DNA from: a virus
Lineage: Duplodnaviria; Caudoviricetes
Virus record (IMG/VR): IMGVR_UViG_3300043395_000730
Coordinates: 1-60,875 of that record
Reading direction: 5' to 3' (one strand)
DNA length: 60,875 nucleotides
This document shows positions 16,521-26,656 of the stretch, one piece after another. The number at the start of each line of letters is the position of its first letter. Within the stretch, counting starts at the first letter, position 1. Below the pieces are notes generated by a model. It did not search any database. It was not told the origin of the DNA and was given only the letters and a program-made list of their open reading frames with translations. Both the position numbers and the translations under genes were made by a program.

Positions 16521-17161
16521 TGGACACGACTAAAATAGTTCAACAGCGTTTACCCGAATCGCAGTTTATTAACGAAAACACGGATAAAAAACAAATCTAT
16601 TTACATCATACAGCGGGGAATAAAAACCCTATTGCTACAATTAAAGGTTGGGAGGCTAACAAAGAACGTGTAGCTACTGCTTTTGTAATAGGTTACGAGG
16701 GTACGATAGCACAAGCGTTTAGTTCAAGAGAATGGGCGTGGCACTTAGGCGTAAAAGATAGTGTATTTAAAGGTCAAGGACTACCTTATAAGAACTTAGA
16801 TAAATATTCAATAGGAATAGAGTTAACTAACTGGGCGTACTTAGTAGAAAAAGGTGGTAAGTATTATAACTATGTAGGTGGTGTAGTAGACACGTCAGAG
16901 GTTACTTGGTTAGAGAAACCATTTAAGAACCATAAAACGTGGCATAAGTATAGCGACAAACAAATTGAATCGTTACGTGAGTTGTTAGTTTACTTAGGTA
17001 AGACTTACGGAATATCTTTAAAGTATAACGATGACATCTTTTCGTTAAACACACGAGCATTAAAAGGGGAAAACGGTCTATACACCCATAACTCTGTTAG
17101 AGTAGATAAGTCAGATGTATATCCTTGTCCGAGATTAATAAATATGTTAAAGTCGTTATGA
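16520..17161 (+). CDS. Endolysin, N-acetylmuramoyl-L-alanine amidase (Amidase_2)
   Basis: IYLHHTAG, AWHLG, SIGIEL, THNSVR..KSDVYP. Confidence 0.88.
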   Translation: MDTTKIVQQRLPESQFINENTDKKQIYLHHTAGNKNPIATIKGWEANKERVATAFVIGYEGTIAQAFSSREWAWHLGVKDSVFKGQGLPYKNLDKYSIGIELTNWAYLVEKGGKYYNYVGGVVDTSEVTWLEKPFKNHKTWHKYSDKQIESLRELLVYLGKTYGISLKYNDDIFSLNTRALKGENGLYTHNSVRVDKSDVYPCPRLINMLKSL

Positions 17162-17295
17162 AAAAACAAAAAGAAGCATCGTCATTTATAGCAAGACCAA
17201 AGGTAAGTAGACCAGGAGTTCATGCTAAGACAAAGAGCTCTAAGATCAAGACCAGTAGGCTGTATAAGAAGAGATCAAGAGGTCAAGGAAAATAA
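17158..17295 (+). CDS. Small very basic protein, 45 aa (...LYKKRSRGQGK)
   Basis: Translated by hand; ATGA overlap with the endolysin stop. Confidence 0.6.
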   Translation: MKKQKEASSFIARPKVSRPGVHAKTKSSKIKTSRLYKKRSRGQGK

Positions 17296-17296
17296 C

Positions 17297-17304
17297 TATA
17301 TTTG
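17297..17304 (+). promoter_or_regulatory. TAnnTTTG promoter element
   Basis: TATATTTG just before ATG 17309. Confidence 0.55.
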
Positions 17305-17308
17305 TATT

Positions 17309-17710
17309 ATGAAAGTAAATAATTATAACGTAGTAGCACCAAATGTAAATTGTACTGTATTTGGAACTGATGAAAATAACAATCAAGTAAATTTTAATGT
17401 TCAAAATTTATTAGAATTAAACGCTTCACCAGAGATAGTATCAACAAATACTTTGACATCATATACTATCACGGAAACAAATACATATTTTACAGGTACA
17501 ACTGGAGCTTCTTTTGCTATAACATTACCTGCATCTAATTCAAATTTAAATGGAGCTAAATATGTTATAATGTCTACTGATCCTAGAGCTACAGTTACTT
17601 GGATAAGTTCTGGAGCATCAATAGTTGGAGCACCAGCTTCATTATCATCTAACACACCAGTATGTTTGCAGTATAATCACTCTGACGCAACCTGGTACAT
17701 ATCTATGTAA
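17309..17710 (+). CDS. Putative structural (fibre-associated) protein
   Basis: T/S/N-rich beta protein; start moved to MKVNNY. Confidence 0.6.
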   Translation: MKVNNYNVVAPNVNCTVFGTDENNNQVNFNVQNLLELNASPEIVSTNTLTSYTITETNTYFTGTTGASFAITLPASNSNLNGAKYVIMSTDPRATVTWISSGASIVGAPASLSSNTPVCLQYNHSDATWYISM

Positions 17711-17712
17711 TT

Positions 17713-18825
17713 ATGTCGATACCATCTGGAACCAAATTCATAGGGATAGCTCCAGGAGTAGACACTGTTGAAAAGAAGTCTACCCAAGCTAACAGCCCTT
17801 CTAACGTATATACTATTGAGGATATACAAGATGGTAGCGTTCCAGATACACGTACTATTACTATTAATGGTACAACACAAGACCTAAGCGCTAATAGAAG
17901 CTGGACTATATCTACAGGCATCACAGTAGGCACAACAGCAGTAACATCAGGAACAGATGGTAGAGTATTCTTCCAAGCAGGTGGTGTAGTACAGCAAGAT
18001 GCTGCGTTCTTTTGGGATAACACTAATAAAAGACTTGGAGTCGGTGCAACACCTTCAACAAGTGTAAGACTTGATGTAAGAGCACAAGGAGCATTATCTA
18101 CTGATGTAGCATTTAGGGTTAGGAATAGTGCTGATACAGCCAACATAATGACTGTTCTTGGAACATCTGATGTATATATCGGTGCAACAATTACTCAAGC
18201 AGGTCAAGGTCATTTATTTAATATTAGACAAGGTGGAGCAACATCAATTCCATTTGCTTACTTTGATAATAACTCTTATAATTTTGATGTAGATAGATTC
18301 TGTAATATTAAACTTGGTTTTGGTCTAATAGCCAGTAACTCAACACAAAGCCTTGCCTTAGGATTAGGAACAATTCCAAGTTCAAGAAACTATCAACAAA
18401 CAGTAGGATTTTTAACGGCAATTTCTCAAGGTACAAATGACAGTGGATTTGTTATGTCAGGTGCAGATACAGCAGGAAATAACTCACTTTATTATAATTA
18501 CTATGGCAGAAACATCGTATTAGGAGGAACAACACAAGGCACAGGAACAAGAAAAATTGTACTAAATAATGGAACAGCTCCTTCAACAAATTTAACTGAT
18601 GCGTTTCAAGTATATTCAGCCGACATTACAGCTGGAAATGCAGCACCACATTTTAGAACTGAGAATGGTAACATAGTTAAGATATATCAAGAAACAACAG
18701 GCGTAGGTTCTGCAACTTTTGTAAGTGGTGGAGGTGGTACTAATATGAAAACAGATGACACCTTTGATGGATACACTTTACAACAAATAGTTAAGGCATT
18801 AAGGAATTTAGGTATCTTAGCATAA
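17713..18825 (+). CDS. Tail or head fibre protein
   Basis: G/T/S/N-rich; TRTITINGTTQDLSANRSW and FFWDNTNKRLGVG fibre-type motifs. Confidence 0.7.
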   Translation: MSIPSGTKFIGIAPGVDTVEKKSTQANSPSNVYTIEDIQDGSVPDTRTITINGTTQDLSANRSWTISTGITVGTTAVTSGTDGRVFFQAGGVVQQDAAFFWDNTNKRLGVGATPSTSVRLDVRAQGALSTDVAFRVRNSADTANIMTVLGTSDVYIGATITQAGQGHLFNIRQGGATSIPFAYFDNNSYNFDVDRFCNIKLGFGLIASNSTQSLALGLGTIPSSRNYQQTVGFLTAISQGTNDSGFVMSGADTAGNNSLYYNYYGRNIVLGGTTQGTGTRKIVLNNGTAPSTNLTDAFQVYSADITAGNAAPHFRTENGNIVKIYQETTGVGSATFVSGGGGTNMKTDDTFDGYTLQQIVKALRNLGILA

Positions 18826-18836
18826 AAAATAAAATT

Positions 18837-19151
18837 ATGGCATTAATTATCAAAGCAACAGAAGAAAAAAAGATTACAATCTCAGGAACAGGTATTGAGT
18901 TACCAGAGGTTTATGGTAGAATCAGATTCTTAGGAGATTTCTCAGGAACTACTATTCAAGGTGAGGTGGCTACATTTGCAAATTATCAAACATTTACAGA
19001 AGGTAAAATGCTTTATACTGATGTACCTGTAGGAAGTTATCAATCTGAATTAGAACAAGGCGAAGTACAATCTTTGGAAACAGCTCACAAATATGCTAAG
19101 ATAGCTTATGAGCAAATGGGTTATGAAGTGATTATTGATATGACATTATAA
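18837..19151 (+). CDS. Hypothetical protein, possible fibre chaperone
   Basis: Directly after the fibre gene. Confidence 0.55.
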   Translation: MALIIKATEEKKITISGTGIELPEVYGRIRFLGDFSGTTIQGEVATFANYQTFTEGKMLYTDVPVGSYQSELEQGEVQSLETAHKYAKIAYEQMGYEVIIDMTL

Positions 19152-19158
19152 TAATCAT

Positions 19159-19166
19159 TATATTTG
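19159..19166 (+). promoter_or_regulatory. TAnnTTTG promoter element
   Basis: Intergenic TATATTTG. Confidence 0.6.
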
Positions 19167-19186
19167 TACTATAAAATTTAATTAAA

Positions 19187-19423
19187 ATGAAAAAATTAGA
19201 AGAACAAGATCTCAACAGATTGGTTGAGCTGAACAGAAGGTACAGAGACCTTAAGTTCGAAGTGGCTGATATCGAACTAACATTCGAACGTCTAAAAAGC
19301 CAAAAACTAACAGTAATGACAGAGCTTGAAATCGCAGTGCAAGAATTTTCTTCATTCCAGAAGGACGTTCAAGAAAGATATGGCGCAAGCAATATTAATC
19401 TATTAACAGGTGAATATAATTAG
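19187..19423 (+). CDS. Small coiled-coil protein
   Basis: Heptad pattern ending YG...INLLTGE. Confidence 0.7.
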   Translation: MKKLEEQDLNRLVELNRRYRDLKFEVADIELTFERLKSQKLTVMTELEIAVQEFSSFQKDVQERYGASNINLLTGEYN

Positions 19424-19628
19424 AAAAATATCAGTTGGGCCAGACTACATGAAGTGCATGCACTACACGGTAGGTCAAAGGGTCTTAAACAGCGAGTATA
19501 CGATCTATGCTATCAAGCTTGGTACCGAAGGGTACCAGGTTTGGATAGAGAGAGAAGGAGAGATCATATGCTGGAAGCAATTTTCTAATACAATGCCAGT
19601 ATCAGTAGAATACAAAATAGATTTTTAA
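19410..19628 (+). CDS. Hypothetical phage protein
   Basis: IRKISVGPDY...MHYTVGQ...WKQF..MPVSVEY. Confidence 0.7.
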   Translation: MNIIRKISVGPDYMKCMHYTVGQRVLNSEYTIYAIKLGTEGYQVWIEREGEIICWKQFSNTMPVSVEYKIDF

Positions 19629-19629
19629 T

Positions 19630-20190
19630 ATGAAGTCGCCATATTGCTTTATCATCAAAGCTGTTGATGGGAGGCGATATGATAACATCAGAAATTACGA
19701 AGGTAAAGAGTTTATCATAAGTTCATCCCAGGAAGATCATAAGGTAGCAAACAGATTCGCTACCGTTATATCAACACCTATATATTACAACGGTCCAATA
19801 GAACCAGGCGACATTGTTGTCGTCCATCATAACGTGTTTAAATTTTATTACGACATGAAGGGCAGACAAAAAAGCAGTTGGCATCACTTGACTGACGATC
19901 TGTTTATCGTAGAGACCGATCAAGTATATCTGTATTCCAGAGATGGAGGCAGATGGGCTGCTCCGTCACCATTTTGTTTCATTAGGCCAATACCTTCTGA
20001 AGACAAAATATTCAGCTCGACATCTGGGCTTGAAGAACTATGGGGTGAGTTGGTATTTAAGAACGAAGAAATGACAGAAGTCACCGAGGGTGACATCGTA
20101 TCATTTACTCCAGAGAGTGAGTATGAGTTCAGAATAAATGAAGAAGTTCTTTACAGAATGTACAATAGGAATATATGTCTAAAAAAATAG
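19630..20190 (+). CDS. Protein with two tandem GroES-like beta-barrel repeats
   Basis: Repeated IEPGDIVVV and VTEGDIVSF motifs with ATVISTP and LYRM...I. Confidence 0.5.
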   Translation: MKSPYCFIIKAVDGRRYDNIRNYEGKEFIISSSQEDHKVANRFATVISTPIYYNGPIEPGDIVVVHHNVFKFYYDMKGRQKSSWHHLTDDLFIVETDQVYLYSRDGGRWAAPSPFCFIRPIPSEDKIFSSTSGLEELWGELVFKNEEMTEVTEGDIVSFTPESEYEFRINEEVLYRMYNRNICLKK

Positions 20191-20441
20191 AGATACTAGA
20201 GGCCGCTAAGGTGGCTATAGATGAACTAATAAAGGTATTGAGAGAACCCATCATAACGAGATCAGAGGATGACATATCTGCTGACAAATTAAAGAATGCT
20301 GCATCTGCAAAGAGACTTGCATTTGAGGACGCTCTTAGTATGTTACAAAAGATAGAGCAAGAGGAGAACGCTGAGTCACCAAAGGCAGAGGTTACTCTTG
20401 GTAATAAGGGATTCGCTGAAGGTAGGGTTAAGAAGAAATAA
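20175..20441 (+). CDS. Putative terminase small subunit
   Basis: Helical 88-aa ORF immediately upstream of TerL. Confidence 0.5.
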   Translation: MSKKIEILEAAKVAIDELIKVLREPIITRSEDDISADKLKNAASAKRLAFEDALSMLQKIEQEENAESPKAEVTLGNKGFAEGRVKKK

Positions 20442-20443
20442 AA

Positions 20444-22660
20444 ATGGAGCTTTACACACTAGTTACCGATCACATACATAAGACTGCATTCATAACAAAG
20501 AACGCAAAGAAGTCTTGGACATATGGTTATCACCCCGAGTATGACATCGTGGTGATATCAAGAGATGGTACTATAGGTGAGATATATGACATCAATGGAA
20601 TAAAAATAGCTATACCTTCAGAACCAAAATCCCTATCAAAGAAAGATAACAAGTGGGTAGCAGAGGAATATCCATCCGAACTTCAGAAGATAAAGACTGT
20701 ATTTGACTGGAACAGAAAGGACAACACATTTAAATCAAAATATGTAGACTACATAGAGCAAGAGTTTGACAGAAGGGATTACGGTCATTGGTTTATAAAT
20801 AACGGTAAACCAACCTATATAACTGGAACACACTACATGTATTTACAATGGACAAAGATAGATATCGGTCTTCCAGAATTTAGGGAATCAAACAGAATAT
20901 TCTACATATACTGGGAAGCATGCAAGGCTGACAATAGATCTTTTGGTATGTGTTACCTAAAGAACAGACGTTCTGGTTTCTCGTTTATGTCTTCTGCCGA
21001 GGTGTGTAATACCGCAACATTAGCAAAAGATTCAAGGGTTGGTATACTGTCAAAGACTGGTAGTGATGCTAAGAAGATGTTTACCGATAAGGTTGTTCCT
21101 ATTGTTAGGAATTATCCTTTCTTCTTTAAACCAATACAGGACGGTATGGATAACCCGAAGACTGAACTAGCCTTTAGGGTTCCAGCAAGTAAGATCACTA
21201 GGAGAAATATGGATGAAGAAAAGACCGAAGATATTGAAGGTCTTGACACAACTATTGACTGGAAGAATACTGCTGACAACAGCTACGATGGTGAGAAATT
21301 GCTAATGCTTGTGCACGATGAAAGCGGAAAATGGGAAAAGCCTGAGAATATATTAAATAACTGGAGAGTAACAAAAACGTGTCTACGTTTAGGTGCAAGG
21401 GTTGTAGGTAAGTGTATGATGGGGTCAACATCAAACGCTCTACCAAAAGGCGGTCAGAATTTTAAGGATTTATACTATGATAGCAGTACATCCAAACGAT
21501 CAGCCAATAATCAAACAAAGAGTGGCCTGTATTCATTGTTCATTCCTATGGAGTGGAATGTTGAGGGATATATAGATGAATTTGGATGGCCAGTACTAAC
21601 GGATCCTAAAAAGGCAGTGAAAGGTATAGATGGAGAGATGATAACGCAAGGCGTTATTACTTGGTGGGAGAACGAGGTAGCTGCACTCAAGTCTGATGCT
21701 GATGCATTAAATGAGTTCTATAGACAGTACCCAAGAACTGAGTCACATGCATTTAGAGATGAATCTAAGCATTCTTTATTTAACCTAACCAAGATCTACC
21801 AACAGATAGATTACAACGACTCACTTATAAAAGAAAAGTTTTTGACAAGAGGTTATTTTCATTGGAAAAACGGAGAGAAAGACACAGAGGTAATATGGAC
21901 TCCAGATCCGAAGGGAAGGTTCATTGTATCTTGGATACCTAGTCAAGAAATGCGTAACAGAAAAATAATAAGAAATGGTAAATTTTATCCAGGTAATGAG
22001 AGCCTTGGTGCTTTTGGGTGTGACCCTTATGATATCTCTGGTGTTGTTGGTGGGGGTGGCTCTAACGGTGCTCTTCATGGCGTTACTACGTTTCATATGG
22101 AACAAAATGTGCCGTGTAACGAATTCTTTTTGGAGTACATAGCTAGACCTCAGACAGCTGAGATATTTTTCGAGGATGTTCTAATGGCATGTGTGTTTTA
22201 TGGTATGCCTATACTTGCTGAGAACAATAAGGCTAGATTGTTGTATCATTTTAAGAATAGAGGCTACAGAGCATACTCTATGAACAGGCCAGACAAACAG
22301 ATGTCAAAACTATCTAAAACTGAGATAGAGATAGGCGGTATACCTAACTCATCAGAAGATGTTCGTCAAGCACACGCCTCTGTAATCAATACATATATCG
22401 AGGAGCACGTAGGTTTTGATAATGAGGGTACTTATAGAGAGCAAGGTGTTATCGGGTCTATGTATTTCAACAGAACTTTAGAGGATTGGGCTAGGTTCAA
22501 CATAACAGACAGAACAAAACACGATGCCACGATTAGTTCTGGTTTAGCCCTTATGGCTATTAAGAGATATATGTTTATACCAGAGAGAAAAGAATCAAAA
22601 ATAAGTATTAAATTTGTAAAATACGATAATCGTGGAAGCAGAAGCGAAATAATAAAATAA
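20444..22660 (+). CDS. terL: Terminase large subunit
   Basis: Walker A-like KNRRSGFS, Walker B LVHDESGKW, GSTS motif, nuclease GCDP and terminal HDAT. Confidence 0.88.
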   Translation: MELYTLVTDHIHKTAFITKNAKKSWTYGYHPEYDIVVISRDGTIGEIYDINGIKIAIPSEPKSLSKKDNKWVAEEYPSELQKIKTVFDWNRKDNTFKSKYVDYIEQEFDRRDYGHWFINNGKPTYITGTHYMYLQWTKIDIGLPEFRESNRIFYIYWEACKADNRSFGMCYLKNRRSGFSFMSSAEVCNTATLAKDSRVGILSKTGSDAKKMFTDKVVPIVRNYPFFFKPIQDGMDNPKTELAFRVPASKITRRNMDEEKTEDIEGLDTTIDWKNTADNSYDGEKLLMLVHDESGKWEKPENILNNWRVTKTCLRLGARVVGKCMMGSTSNALPKGGQNFKDLYYDSSTSKRSANNQTKSGLYSLFIPMEWNVEGYIDEFGWPVLTDPKKAVKGIDGEMITQGVITWWENEVAALKSDADALNEFYRQYPRTESHAFRDESKHSLFNLTKIYQQIDYNDSLIKEKFLTRGYFHWKNGEKDTEVIWTPDPKGRFIVSWIPSQEMRNRKIIRNGKFYPGNESLGAFGCDPYDISGVVGGGGSNGALHGVTTFHMEQNVPCNEFFLEYIARPQTAEIFFEDVLMACVFYGMPILAENNKARLLYHFKNRGYRAYSMNRPDKQMSKLSKTEIEIGGIPNSSEDVRQAHASVINTYIEEHVGFDNEGTYREQGVIGSMYFNRTLEDWARFNITDRTKHDATISSGLALMAIKRYMFIPERKESKISIKFVKYDNRGSRSEIIK

Positions 22661-25092
22661 TGGAGAAAAAACCATCAGTTATAATTTACCCAGGTCAATT
22701 TCCCAATGCGTTGGTCCCAGATGAGGAGAAACAAACCATTGAATACGGCCTACGGGTCGGAAAGGCTATAGAGGGTGAATGGTTTAAGAGAAAAAACAAC
22801 ACATGTCGATTTTACGATCAATGGGGAGAGTATCATCGGCTGAGGTTATATGCTCGTGGTGAACAGCCAGTACAAAAATATAAAGATGAGTTAGCTATAA
22901 ATGGCGACATGTCTATGCTTAATTTAGACTGGACTCCAATTCCTATTATACCTAAGTTCGTTGATATCGTTGTTAACGGTATGAATGACAGGCTTTTTAA
23001 AATAAAGGCCGAAGCTCAAGACGTTATGTCTGCTGAAAGAAAGAGTTTGTTTCAAGATATGATAGAGGCTGATATGGTCGCTAAAGACTTCCTTGAGTTA
23101 ACAAAAGAAGAGTACGGTATAGATGCCTATAACGTAGACCCAGAAGAACTTCCACAGAACGATGAGGAGTTGTCATTGTACATGCAGATGAAATACAAGC
23201 CGTCAATAGAGATAGCCGAAGAGGTTGCTATTGATACTGTATTAAAAATGAATGACTACCTTGAGTTAAAGAGATTGTTTGACTATGACATGACAACACT
23301 TGGTGTTGGCGTTATGAGGCACACATTCTTGATTAATAATGGTGTTAAGATTGACTACGTAGATCCAGCTAACTGGATCCACAGTTATACAGAGAAGCCA
23401 GACTTCTCGGACTGTTATTATTTCGGAGAGGTTAAACAGGTACACTATACTGAGCTATTAAAAATAAATCCAAACCTAACAAAAGAAGAACTACAAGAGA
23501 TTAAGAACGCTAGTTCTGCTTGGTATGATTATTTCCCTATCATTAGACAGTATCAAGATGACGCATTTTTAAATGAAGTTGTTACACTGTTGTATTTTAA
23601 CTATAAGACTGACATGCGTTTTGTATGGAAGAAAAAATTGTTAGAAAATGGTGGCGAGAGAGTAATAAGAAAAGACGGAAACTTCAATCCTCCTATTGAG
23701 GAAGGAATGATGTTCGAAAGAGTAGAAGCTGTAAGGGACGCATGGTATGAAGGTATATTGGTAGGAGGTACCAATATATTAGTCAAATGGGAACTGATGA
23801 AGAATATGGTGCGCCCTAAGTCTGCTACGCAAAAAGCGTTGCCTAATTATGTTGCCTATGCACCTAGGATGTATAAAGGAAACATAGAATCTCTTGTGAG
23901 AAGAATGATACCTTTTGCTGATCAGATACAGCTAACACATTTAAAGTTACAGCAGGTTATGGCTCGCGTCGTTCCAGACGGTGTGTTCATAGATGCTGAC
24001 GGTATAAACGAAGTCGATCTAGGTACTGGCGCTGCTTACAATCCAGAGGATGCGTTAAAGCTATATTTCCAGACTGGTAGTGTTATCGGTAGAAGCTACA
24101 CACAAGATGGTGAGTTTAATAACGCAAGAGTTCCTATACAAGAACTAAGTTCAAACAGTGGTCAATCTAAAATGGCCGCATTGATAAATGTATATAATTA
24201 CAATCTGAACATGATCAGAGATGTGACAGGTATCAACGAGGCAAGAGATGCCTCTACCCCTAGTCCAGACGCTCTTGTTGGTGTTCAGAAACTAGCTGCA
24301 CTAAACAGCAACACAGCCACTAGACACATACTTACCGCTGGTTTAAACGTAACAAAAAGAATGGCTGAATGTATATCAATAAGAATAGCTGACATACTTG
24401 AATATGCTGACTTCGCTGAAGATTTTGCGATGCAGATAGGAAAGTACAATGTAGCTATACTTGAGGATATAAAAGATTTATATTTACACAACTTCGGTAT
24501 TTTTATTGAGCTAGCTCCAGATGAAGAAGAAAAGCAACGCCTTGAGGCAAATATTCAAATCGCACTTCAGCAACAAACCATTGATCTGGAAGATGCTATT
24601 GATATTAGAATGGTTAGCAATATTAAGTTGGCTAATGAGCTACTTAAGATGAAGAGAAAGAGAAGGATAGAACAGCAACAAAAACAAAAGGAGATGGAGT
24701 TTAGAATGCAAATGCAGTCAAACATTCAGTCTCAACAAGCTGCTGCTGAATCAAAAGCTCAACTTGTTCAGATGGAAGCTCAAGCCAAAATACAGTTACG
24801 TCAAGCAGAGATGCAATTTGCTGTACAACAGTTACAAGCAGAGGCAGATCTTAAGCGTCAGTTGATGGATCAAGAGTTCCAATACAACATGCAATTAAAA
24901 GGCATGGAGGCAGAGCAATTGAAAAAGAGAGAGGAAGATAAGGAGAAGGCTAAAGACAAACGTATTGATATACAAGCTAGCAGACAGTCTGAACTTATTA
25001 ACCAAAGAAAAAATAATTTACCACCTATGGATTTCGAATCAAACGAAGATTCATTAGATGGTTTTGATTTGGATTCATTTGAACCTAGATAA
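22660..25092 (+). CDS. Portal protein
   Basis: 810 aa after TerL; PIIPKFVDIVVNG; Q-rich C-terminal coiled-coil as in P22-type portals. Confidence 0.8.
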   Translation: MEKKPSVIIYPGQFPNALVPDEEKQTIEYGLRVGKAIEGEWFKRKNNTCRFYDQWGEYHRLRLYARGEQPVQKYKDELAINGDMSMLNLDWTPIPIIPKFVDIVVNGMNDRLFKIKAEAQDVMSAERKSLFQDMIEADMVAKDFLELTKEEYGIDAYNVDPEELPQNDEELSLYMQMKYKPSIEIAEEVAIDTVLKMNDYLELKRLFDYDMTTLGVGVMRHTFLINNGVKIDYVDPANWIHSYTEKPDFSDCYYFGEVKQVHYTELLKINPNLTKEELQEIKNASSAWYDYFPIIRQYQDDAFLNEVVTLLYFNYKTDMRFVWKKKLLENGGERVIRKDGNFNPPIEEGMMFERVEAVRDAWYEGILVGGTNILVKWELMKNMVRPKSATQKALPNYVAYAPRMYKGNIESLVRRMIPFADQIQLTHLKLQQVMARVVPDGVFIDADGINEVDLGTGAAYNPEDALKLYFQTGSVIGRSYTQDGEFNNARVPIQELSSNSGQSKMAALINVYNYNLNMIRDVTGINEARDASTPSPDALVGVQKLAALNSNTATRHILTAGLNVTKRMAECISIRIADILEYADFAEDFAMQIGKYNVAILEDIKDLYLHNFGIFIELAPDEEEKQRLEANIQIALQQQTIDLEDAIDIRMVSNIKLANELLKMKRKRRIEQQQKQKEMEFRMQMQSNIQSQQAAAESKAQLVQMEAQAKIQLRQAEMQFAVQQLQAEADLKRQLMDQEFQYNMQLKGMEAEQLKKREEDKEKAKDKRIDIQASRQSELINQRKNNLPPMDFESNEDSLDGFDLDSFEPR

Positions 25093-25093
25093 T

Positions 25094-25309
25094 ATGAGAA
25101 ATAGTAAAATAAAAGTAAAACCTTTTGCTTCTGGTGTATCTTCACCAGGATCTGGTTATGATATTAATGCTGGAGCATCAGCATCAAGAGGACCTTTGTC
25201 TGTATCCACTTCTATGTCTAAAGGATCTGAGTATCCTGCTGAATTTAATATTGAGGCTAGTGTATACGTACCTATAACTAAAAAGGTTAAGCATAAAACT
25301 AAATTATAG
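25094..25309 (+). CDS. Small hypothetical protein (MRNSKIKVKPF...)
   Basis: ATG just after the portal stop. Confidence 0.5.
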   Translation: MRNSKIKVKPFASGVSSPGSGYDINAGASASRGPLSVSTSMSKGSEYPAEFNIEASVYVPITKKVKHKTKL

Positions 25310-25537
25310 CTTTTCCAAAAAATGAATAGCCGCCAAAATTGGAAAAATTCATGCATTTTGGCGAATTATAAAAATATTATATATTTAATCGGATTTTAAT
25401 CGATTATCTATTGTTTGAATAGCAGCCAAAATACCAAAAAATCTTTGGTTTGGCTCCCATTAAAAGATTAATATATTAGTCATTTTGTATGTATTTATAT
25501 GTTTTTGCATAATATATTAGCTATAAAATATAATTAT

Positions 25538-25545
25538 TATCTTTG
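25538..25545 (+). promoter_or_regulatory. TAnnTTTG promoter element upstream of the scaffold/capsid genes
   Basis: TATCTTTG. Confidence 0.65.
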
Positions 25546-25565
25546 TAAAAAATAAATTAAATAAA

Positions 25566-26651
25566 ATGGAAGGAGAATTTAAAGTAAGAGCCGTTGAATT
25601 CGAAGAGAAGTCAAAGGTTGAAATTGAAGAGCAACTATTAAAGGAGCACGAGGATAAGTTAAAAGAAGAGCAAACTGGAACGCCAGAACAAACTTCTACA
25701 GAACCAACTCCTACTCCAGAGATTGATGATAACATCGTTCTTTCACATATTAAGACAAGGTACAACAAAGAGATCAGCTCTTTGGATGATTTATTCGAAC
25801 AGAGAAATCAGAACGAAGAACTTCCAGAAGATGTAGCTGCATTTCTTAAGTACAAAAAAGAGACTGGAAGAAACATCGATGACTTTATTAAATTAAATAA
25901 AGACTATTCGAATGTTGATCCAGACACGCTACTTTTTGAGTTCTATAAAGAACAAAACCCAGACCTAGATCCAGATGATGTTAAATTTGAGATAGGTCTT
26001 AAGTTTGGTTACGATGAGGACCTTGATGACGAAAAAGAAATCAAGCAAAAAAAATTAGCGTTTAAAAAAGAACTTACTAAAGCTAAGAAACATTTCGATG
26101 AGCAGAAGGAGCAATATAAAATGCCGCTTGAGTCAAGGGCTACATTTGTCCCAGATGAAGAAAAGGAATCATACGAAAGCTTTAAGAGTTATAGAGAAAC
26201 CGCTTCTAAACATGAGGAGGAGCAAGCGAAACGGTCGAAGTTTTTTGCTGACAAAACTTCTGAATTGTTTTCTGATAAATTCGAAGGTTTCGGATTCAAT
26301 ATCGATGAAAGCAATAAGATGGTATATAAACCAGCAGATGCTAATACCCTTATTAAGGAACAGTCAAACATTATGGACTTTATATCAAAGTTTTTAAATG
26401 AAGATGGTTACCTTAAGGACGCTGAGGCCTTTCATAAAGCTATAGCAGTGGCAAACAACCCAGACAAATTTGCTAAGTACTTTTATGAAAAAGGAAAAGC
26501 AGAGGCTGTAGGTGATATTGCTAAAGAGTCTAAAAATATTGATATGACTCGAACGGCACCGACACCGACACCAAAACAGGGTACACAGGTCAGAGTTATA
26601 GATGAAGAACGCGGTAATAGATTAATTATTAGAAAACCGTTTAAAAACTAA
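25566..26651 (+). CDS. Putative capsid scaffolding protein
   Basis: Highly acidic, helical, between portal and capsid genes. Confidence 0.65.
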   Translation: MEGEFKVRAVEFEEKSKVEIEEQLLKEHEDKLKEEQTGTPEQTSTEPTPTPEIDDNIVLSHIKTRYNKEISSLDDLFEQRNQNEELPEDVAAFLKYKKETGRNIDDFIKLNKDYSNVDPDTLLFEFYKEQNPDLDPDDVKFEIGLKFGYDEDLDDEKEIKQKKLAFKKELTKAKKHFDEQKEQYKMPLESRATFVPDEEKESYESFKSYRETASKHEEEQAKRSKFFADKTSELFSDKFEGFGFNIDESNKMVYKPADANTLIKEQSNIMDFISKFLNEDGYLKDAEAFHKAIAVANNPDKFAKYFYEKGKAEAVGDIAKESKNIDMTRTAPTPTPKQGTQVRVIDEERGNRLIIRKPFKN

Positions 26652-26656
26652 AAAAA

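Noticed and set aside
17222-17308. N-terminal extension of the 162-aa ORF
   Set aside because: Overlaps the better-supported 17158-17295 ORF and a promoter; ATG 17309 is the likelier start
17713-18825. Diversity-generating retroelement acting on the fibre gene
   Set aside because: No reverse transcriptase and no template/variable repeat pair seen
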